Source of the DNA: an uncultured delta proteobacterium | Lineage (GTDB): Bacteria; Myxococcota_A; Polyangia; Palsa-1104 | Assembly: GCA_963785725.1 (NCBI GenBank) | Contig: CAWAWS010000013.1 | Span: forward strand, 1-64,000 | Reading direction: 5' to 3' | DNA: 64,000 nucleotides | Shown: positions 58,560 to 64,000 of the stretch, in pieces | How positions within the stretch are numbered: position 1 is the first letter of the stretch | Layout: the number at the start of each line of letters is the position of its first letter | Notes under the pieces: generated by a model | What the model was told of the DNA's origin: nothing | Seen by the model: only the letters and a program-made list of their open reading frames with translations | Databases searched by the model: none | Translations under genes and position numbers: made by a program

Positions 58560-59720
58560 ATGACGGCGCGCGCTTATTTGGCCGTCGCTGCGCTGGCCGC
58601 GAGCCTCGCCGGCTGCCATCACGACGACATCATCGGCACGCTCGGCTGCAGCACCTCGCGCGACTGCGAGCCGCCGGCCACGATCTGCTCCGCCGACGGC
58701 CGCTGCGTCACCGGCTGCATCAAGAACCCGAGCTTGTGCGTCGGCGGATCGACCTGTAACGCCAAGACCGGCGAGTGTCTCGGCGGCGCCATCGGCTCGC
58801 ACTGCGCCAGCGACAACGACTGCGATCCGCCCGACGTCGTCTGCCGCACGTCCGACGGCACCTGTCAGCCCGGCTGCACCGTCAGCCCGGTGTGCGCGTC
58901 GAACGACGTCTGCAACGCGTCGTCGGGCCACTGCTGCACGCCCGGCGCCGCCGGCTGCCCGACGCTGACGCCGCCCGCCATCTCGTGCAACAGCGACGCC
59001 GACTGCCCCAACGTGCCGAGCACCATCTGCTCGGCCGGGTTGTGCGTGGCCGGCTGCGGCGCCGGCGGTCTGTGCGCGGGCGGGCTCGTGTGCGACTCCG
59101 CGACCGGCCATTGCCAATCGCCCAACCCCGAGTGCGCCCGCGACAGCGACTGCGACCCCGGCTCCTATTGCACGCAAGCCGGCGCCTGCGCCGTCCTCGC
59201 CTACGGCGGCACGCAAGAGTGCGCCGACGGCGCGCCCGACGTCTTGTACGCCTGCGCCACCGCGACGACGCCGGCCACGTTCACCAGCTGCGCCGGCGCC
59301 GCCGGCCCATCCGGCTGCCCCTACTGCATCGACGAGAGCTGCCTGCATCCCGGCGTGTGCGCCTCGAACGCCGACTGCCACGCCGGCGACGCCTGCACCA
59401 ACGGCTTGTGCATGGTGCAAAGCCCGCAGTGCCCGACGACCGTCACCATCGCCGACGTCTTCAAGGGCATCTACGCCGCCGGCAAAGAGGTCTGCATCCG
59501 CGGCACCGTGCAGCAGACGCGCTCGGGCGCCGACGGCGAGCTCGAGATCCGGCTCGACACGTCGCCCTACCTCTACGTCGACGTCGAGCCGATGTACAAC
59601 GCCGCCGGCGTCACGCTGCCGCAGGTGAATCAGACGGTGACGGTGCACGGCACGGTTCGCTGGGACGCCGGCCACCAGAATCGCGAGCTCCTGCCGGTCG
59701 ACTGGATCTCCACGAACTAG
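58560..59720 (+). CDS. Cys-rich repeat lipoprotein with C-terminal OB-fold-like domain
   Basis: LAGC lipobox; repeated C..D.DC modules; TIADV...KEVCIRGTV...DGE..I.L...VTVHGTVRWD..H...EL.PV. Confidence 0.75.
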   Translation: MTARAYLAVAALAASLAGCHHDDIIGTLGCSTSRDCEPPATICSADGRCVTGCIKNPSLCVGGSTCNAKTGECLGGAIGSHCASDNDCDPPDVVCRTSDGTCQPGCTVSPVCASNDVCNASSGHCCTPGAAGCPTLTPPAISCNSDADCPNVPSTICSAGLCVAGCGAGGLCAGGLVCDSATGHCQSPNPECARDSDCDPGSYCTQAGACAVLAYGGTQECADGAPDVLYACATATTPATFTSCAGAAGPSGCPYCIDESCLHPGVCASNADCHAGDACTNGLCMVQSPQCPTTVTIADVFKGIYAAGKEVCIRGTVQQTRSGADGELEIRLDTSPYLYVDVEPMYNAAGVTLPQVNQTVTVHGTVRWDAGHQNRELLPVDWISTN

Positions 59721-59773
59721 GATTCGACGCCGGTCACACCTTTTATGCCGCGGATCGTCGATACTTTGCGGCG

Positions 59774-62700
59774 ATGAAGTCGCAGTCTCTGCCTGTCGAT
59801 CGTCCGCTCGCGCTGCTCGTGATCGCGGCCCTCTGTGTCTCTTGCGCCGGCTCGTCGCGCCTGGTCGTGCCGCCGCTGCTGCCGTCCGCGCGCGGCGCCG
59901 ACGCCGACGTCACCGCGCTCGTCGCCGACTTTTGGGGCGCGCAGTTCACGCTCCCCGACATCCAAGCGCGCGCCGCGCAGGTGATCGCGCGCCATCCCGG
60001 CGACGCGCGCGCCGAGGAAGTCGCCGCCTATGCCGCATTTCTCGAGGGCAACGCCGACGAGTCGTCGCGCCATCTGCTCGCCGCCGCCGCCGACCTGCGC
60101 TCCGACGTCACCGAAGTCTACTTGTGGCAGCACGCCAGCGACGGCAGCCGCGCCGAGCGCCTCGCCTGGCGCACGCTCGAGGAGCGGCTGGCGCAAAATC
60201 ATCCGCGCGCCGCCGTGCGCGCGATGGCGACGCTGCAGCTCTTGACGCTGGCCGATCTCGAAGGCCGCTTCGACGACAGCATTCGCCTCAGCCGCTCGCT
60301 CGGCTTCCTCGACGATTGGATGGTCCTCGGCGCGCTCGAGAATGACCAAGGCAAGGGCTTCTTGACCGAATACGCGCCGGAGAAGCCGACGCCGATCGAT
60401 TTCGCGGCCAAGGTTCTGGGACCGCTGGTGCCGCTCACCTGGCGCCACGCGACCACTGCACGCACGGGCGAGGTGCCGTTGGCGCAGATGATGTGGCCGC
60501 ACGAATACGCGCTCGCCTATCTCGTGACCTGGGTGCACAGCGACGGCGAGCGCGAGGCGCAGCTGCGGCTGTCGTCGGGCGGCCCGCTGCGCGCGTGGTG
60601 CAACGACGGGCTCGTGCTGTCGGAAGAGGGCGTCACGCGCGGCGACCTCGACACGCTCAACGCGCCGGTGACGCTGCACGCCGGCTGGAACAAGATCCTC
60701 GTCAAGAGCGCGCAGCGGCGCGGCGACTGGTGGCTGCGCGCGCGCCTCACCGACGCCGACGGGGCAGCGCTGAGCGGCCTCACCGCCTCCTCGGCGGCGC
60801 AGAAGTACGAGCCGGGACCGTCGCGCGCCGAGCCGTCGTCGCTGCCGCCGTCGTCGCTCAAGGAGGGTCCCGAGAATCGCCGCAACTTCTTCTGGGCCGA
60901 GCAGGCGACGCGCGCCGGCCGCGATCGCACGGCGCTGTCGTCGCTGCAGCGGTTCCTCGACGACGCGCCGCACAACCTGATGGCGATGTACTACGGCGCG
61001 CTCGCCTCCTGGCGCAACGACGAGCTCGGTCGCACGATCGATCTGCTCGACGCCGGCGTGACCGCGACCGCGGGCAAAGCGAGCGCCATTTTGCGTTATC
61101 GCGCCGAGTACTACATGCAGAAGCAGCTGTTCGAGAAGGCGCAGATCGATCTGCTGGCGGCCGTCGCGGTCGGGCCGTGGACGCGGCAGTCGCAGCTGAA
61201 GCTGGCCGAGCTGTACGCCGAGCGCAACTGGGCCGTCGACGCCTGCCGCGTGCTCGACACGGCGTTGACGCGCTGGCCCGACGCCGTCCCGTTGCGCTTC
61301 GCCGCCGCGCGCTGCGCCGACACGCAAGGCTACGACGACGTCGAGCGCCGCCACATCGAGCGCGTGCTCGCGCTCGAGCCTGGCTCGGACGCGGCGGTCG
61401 GCCGCAAGCTGGCGCTCGATCGCCGGCTCCACGATCTATCGGCGATGCGGCGCGATCTGCAGCGCCTGCAGCGCATCGATCCCTGGTCGTCGGTCTACGC
61501 GGACGAGCTCGGCGACCTGGCGCGCCGGCGCGGCGACTCGGCCACGGCGCGCCGGCAGTGGCAGCGCGCCGTCACGCTCGCGCCCGAGCGGCCGACGGCC
61601 TACGCCGACTTGGCGCTCTTGGCCTACGCCGAGCGGCAGCCGGCGCAGGCGTTGACGCTGTGGAAAGCGGCGCACGAGCGCGATCCCAACAACAGCGCCG
61701 TCGCCCAGCGCATCGAGCTCTTGGAGCCGACGCGTCTCGGCATTCTCGAGAAATACGTGCCCGATGACGCGGCCATCGATCGCGCGCTCAGGACAACGCC
61801 GCAAAAAGGCGCCGGCAGCCAGAGCGCGATCCTGCTCGACAGCGAAGTGGTCGAGATTCACAACGACGGCAGCTGGCGGCGCGTCGTGACGACGGTGGCG
61901 ACGCCGTTCAACGTGCAAGGCCGCGACGCGCTGACCGAAGTGCAGCTGCCGAAGCACCCGTCGCTCAAGGTGTTGCGCGCGTATGCCATCAGCGCGAGCG
62001 GCGAGCGGCAAGAGGCGTCGTCGATTCGCAACGGGCAGGTCCGCTTTCGTAACCTGCAAGTGGGCAGCAAAGTGGTGCTGCAATATGTCGACTACGAAGC
62101 GCAGCAGACCTACTTGCCGGGAGCGATGGCGCGCAGCTGGTATTTCCAGAGCTCGTCGGCGCAGCTGGAGGACGCGCAGCTCGTGCTGCTCGTGCCCGAT
62201 GGCCGCACGCTGCACCGGCAGATCATCGGCAAAGTGACCGAGGCGCAGTCGGTCGACGGCGACGCGCCCGGCTACACGATCCATCGCTTCACGGCGCAGC
62301 ACATGCCGGCGCTGTTGCCGGAGAAGCACATGTCGCCGGCGATCGATCTGTTGGCGCAGGTCGACGCCTCGACGGTGGAGAGCTGGGACGATTACGCGCG
62401 CTGGGAGCGCGCGCTCTTGACCGACGCGTTTCATACGAACCCCAAGATCGACGCGCTCGTGGACGGGCTCATCGTCGGCGCCAAGACGCCGCGCGAGAAA
62501 TTGGACCGGCTGTTTCACTATGCGGCGCAAGAGATTCGCTACCAGCAGGATTACGAGAACTCGATCGCGGGCGTGCGGCCGCACGCGGCGTCGGCGGTCA
62601 TCGAGCGCGGCTACGGCGACTGCAAGGACAAGGCGGTCCTCCTGATGCAGATGGCCAAGCGCGTCGGGCTCGAGCTGCGCTTCGCCATTTTGCGGACGAC

Positions 62701-63613
62701 GCCGGCCGGCAAGATCCGGCGCGACGTGCCCAATCAGCAGTTCAACCACGCCATCGTCTACGTGCCGGCGCAAAAGGGCATCGAGCAGCCGTTCTTCATG
62801 GATCCGACGTCGGACGGGCTCGACATGGGCAACCTGCGCGCCGACGATCAAGGCGCCACGTCGCTGGTGATGGATCCGGCGAGCGGTCGCTTCGAGTTCA
62901 TCGACATTCCCTATCAAGCGCCGGAGCTCGACTTCGATCGCCACAAGATCCGCATCGACGTGAAGTCACCGACGGAGGCGCTGGCGACGGACGAGCTGCA
63001 GATTCGCGGCGCGTCGGCGATGTTCCTGCGCATGGTCGTGCGCAACGAGGCGCTGGCGAAGAAGGCCTACGAAGGCATCATCGCGCAGCTCTATCCGGGC
63101 GCGACGCTGCGCAGCGGTAAGACGCCGCCGAAAGAGGACACGTGGCAGCCGGTGAGCTTGTCGCTCGACGTCGACGCGTCGGCGGCGCTGCAGGCCGAGG
63201 ACACCCAGTGGCGCCTGCGGCTGCCGGAGCTGTTGGGCTTGCCGCCGTCGATCATCGACATCAAGCAGCGCGAGACGCCGTTGCGCTTGGGTCCGCCGGG
63301 GGTGTCGCACTACGAGATCGAAGCGTCGGTGCCGGCGGGCTACAAGATCGTGCGCGCGCCCAAGGACATGAGCGTCGAGCACGCCTGCTTCACGCTGTCG
63401 CGCAAAGGGCACGTCGACGGGCAGGCGCTGTCGCTGCAGATCGATCTCGTGCGCCGCTGCAGCGACATCAGCGTCGCCGACTACGAGCAGTTTCGCGCGG
63501 CCGTGCAGAAGGCGACGCATAGCCTGCAAGAGCAGGTCGTGTTCGACAAGCTGGAGCCGCCGACGCCGGCGCCGCCGCTGCCGGCGCCGAAGACGAAGCA
63601 CAAGCGCGGCTGA
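59774..63613 (+). CDS. Large exported TPR + DUF3857 + transglutaminase-like protein
   Basis: Probable lipoprotein signal; W..LG..EN beta domain; TPR helices; GDCKDKA, FNHAI, MDPT catalytic triad. Confidence 0.85.
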   Translation: MKSQSLPVDRPLALLVIAALCVSCAGSSRLVVPPLLPSARGADADVTALVADFWGAQFTLPDIQARAAQVIARHPGDARAEEVAAYAAFLEGNADESSRHLLAAAADLRSDVTEVYLWQHASDGSRAERLAWRTLEERLAQNHPRAAVRAMATLQLLTLADLEGRFDDSIRLSRSLGFLDDWMVLGALENDQGKGFLTEYAPEKPTPIDFAAKVLGPLVPLTWRHATTARTGEVPLAQMMWPHEYALAYLVTWVHSDGEREAQLRLSSGGPLRAWCNDGLVLSEEGVTRGDLDTLNAPVTLHAGWNKILVKSAQRRGDWWLRARLTDADGAALSGLTASSAAQKYEPGPSRAEPSSLPPSSLKEGPENRRNFFWAEQATRAGRDRTALSSLQRFLDDAPHNLMAMYYGALASWRNDELGRTIDLLDAGVTATAGKASAILRYRAEYYMQKQLFEKAQIDLLAAVAVGPWTRQSQLKLAELYAERNWAVDACRVLDTALTRWPDAVPLRFAAARCADTQGYDDVERRHIERVLALEPGSDAAVGRKLALDRRLHDLSAMRRDLQRLQRIDPWSSVYADELGDLARRRGDSATARRQWQRAVTLAPERPTAYADLALLAYAERQPAQALTLWKAAHERDPNNSAVAQRIELLEPTRLGILEKYVPDDAAIDRALRTTPQKGAGSQSAILLDSEVVEIHNDGSWRRVVTTVATPFNVQGRDALTEVQLPKHPSLKVLRAYAISASGERQEASSIRNGQVRFRNLQVGSKVVLQYVDYEAQQTYLPGAMARSWYFQSSSAQLEDAQLVLLVPDGRTLHRQIIGKVTEAQSVDGDAPGYTIHRFTAQHMPALLPEKHMSPAIDLLAQVDASTVESWDDYARWERALLTDAFHTNPKIDALVDGLIVGAKTPREKLDRLFHYAAQEIRYQQDYENSIAGVRPHAASAVIERGYGDCKDKAVLLMQMAKRVGLELRFAILRTTPAGKIRRDVPNQQFNHAIVYVPAQKGIEQPFFMDPTSDGLDMGNLRADDQGATSLVMDPASGRFEFIDIPYQAPELDFDRHKIRIDVKSPTEALATDELQIRGASAMFLRMVVRNEALAKKAYEGIIAQLYPGATLRSGKTPPKEDTWQPVSLSLDVDASAALQAEDTQWRLRLPELLGLPPSIIDIKQRETPLRLGPPGVSHYEIEASVPAGYKIVRAPKDMSVEHACFTLSRKGHVDGQALSLQIDLVRRCSDISVADYEQFRAAVQKATHSLQEQVVFDKLEPPTPAPPLPAPKTKHKRG

Positions 63614-63616
63614 GCG

Positions 63617-63985
63617 TCAGGCGGCGCGGACGCGATGGGTCTCGACGGCCGTGAGCAGCACGTCGAGGCGGATCGGCTTACGCAGGAAGGCGGCGGCGCC
63701 CGGTGGCGGCGGCTGCTCGCCGGCGGCCGAGATGACGACCACCGGCAGCTGCGCCAGCCGATCGTCGGCGCGCAGCTCGGCCAAGAGCTGCCAGCCGTTC
63801 ATGATCGGCATCCACAGATCGAGCAGCACCAAGCAGACCCCGTCGACCTGCCGCAGCTTGGCCAGGCCGTCGGCGCCGTTGGCCGCTTGCACGACGGCGA
63901 AGCCTTCGTCCTCGAGCAACGCCGCCATCGTCTCGCGGATGCCGTCGTCGTCCTCGATGAGCAAGATCGTGTTCGCGGCAGCCAC
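63617..63985 (-). CDS. Single-domain response regulator (CheY-like)
   Basis: IEDD, LDLWMP.MNG, VISA, KP. Confidence 0.92.
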   Translation of the reverse strand: MAAANTILLIEDDDGIRETMAALLEDEGFAVVQAANGADGLAKLRQVDGVCLVLLDLWMPIMNGWQLLAELRADDRLAQLPVVVISAAGEQPPPPGAAAFLRKPIRLDVLLTAVETHRVRAA

Positions 63986-64000
63986 GCCCCTCGATCGTAT

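Noticed and set aside
58775..59773. N-terminal 333 aa of the 1612-aa ORF
   Set aside because: Overlaps the Cys-rich lipoprotein in another frame; the plausible start is the ATG at 59774 with a signal peptide.

Overview
GC-rich bacterial DNA, most consistent with Myxococcota (Polyangia/Haliangium-like). This is inferred from the FHA-sigma54 regulator, many Cys-rich lipoproteins, a PilM-like GspL and shell proteins closely resembling those of Haliangium ochraceum. About 17 apparent small indels break otherwise intact genes and look like long-read errors. Main blocks: (1) 1-11.4 kb, minus strand: first half of an extracellular contractile injection system (eCIS) with cap, two sheaths, a tandem two-domain tube, a chaperone pair with a -1 slippery site, a second tube, a large Ala-rich protein, a LysM tube initiator and a GpD-like hub. 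(2) 11.5-20.4 kb: mixed metabolic and regulatory genes (KamA, PHP, acyl-CoA ligase, SprT-like protease, MoaD-MoaE fusion, FHA-EBP). (3) 20.4-39.8 kb: complete gspC-N type II secretion operon with an upstream NtrC-type regulator, a C2-domain lipoprotein and a HAMP histidine kinase. (4) 39.8-41.2 kb: an intact ISAzo13 element. (5) 41.2-45.2 kb: a Haliangium-type bacterial microcompartment operon with a stand-alone class III nucleotidyl cyclase gene inside it, the most unusual item in the window. (6) 45.2-64 kb: envelope genes, Cys-rich lipoproteins, SrkA kinase, an ECF/FecR module and a DUF3857-transglutaminase. No rRNA, tRNA or CRISPR array was recognised. All family calls are from visual motif recognition and recall; no searches were run.
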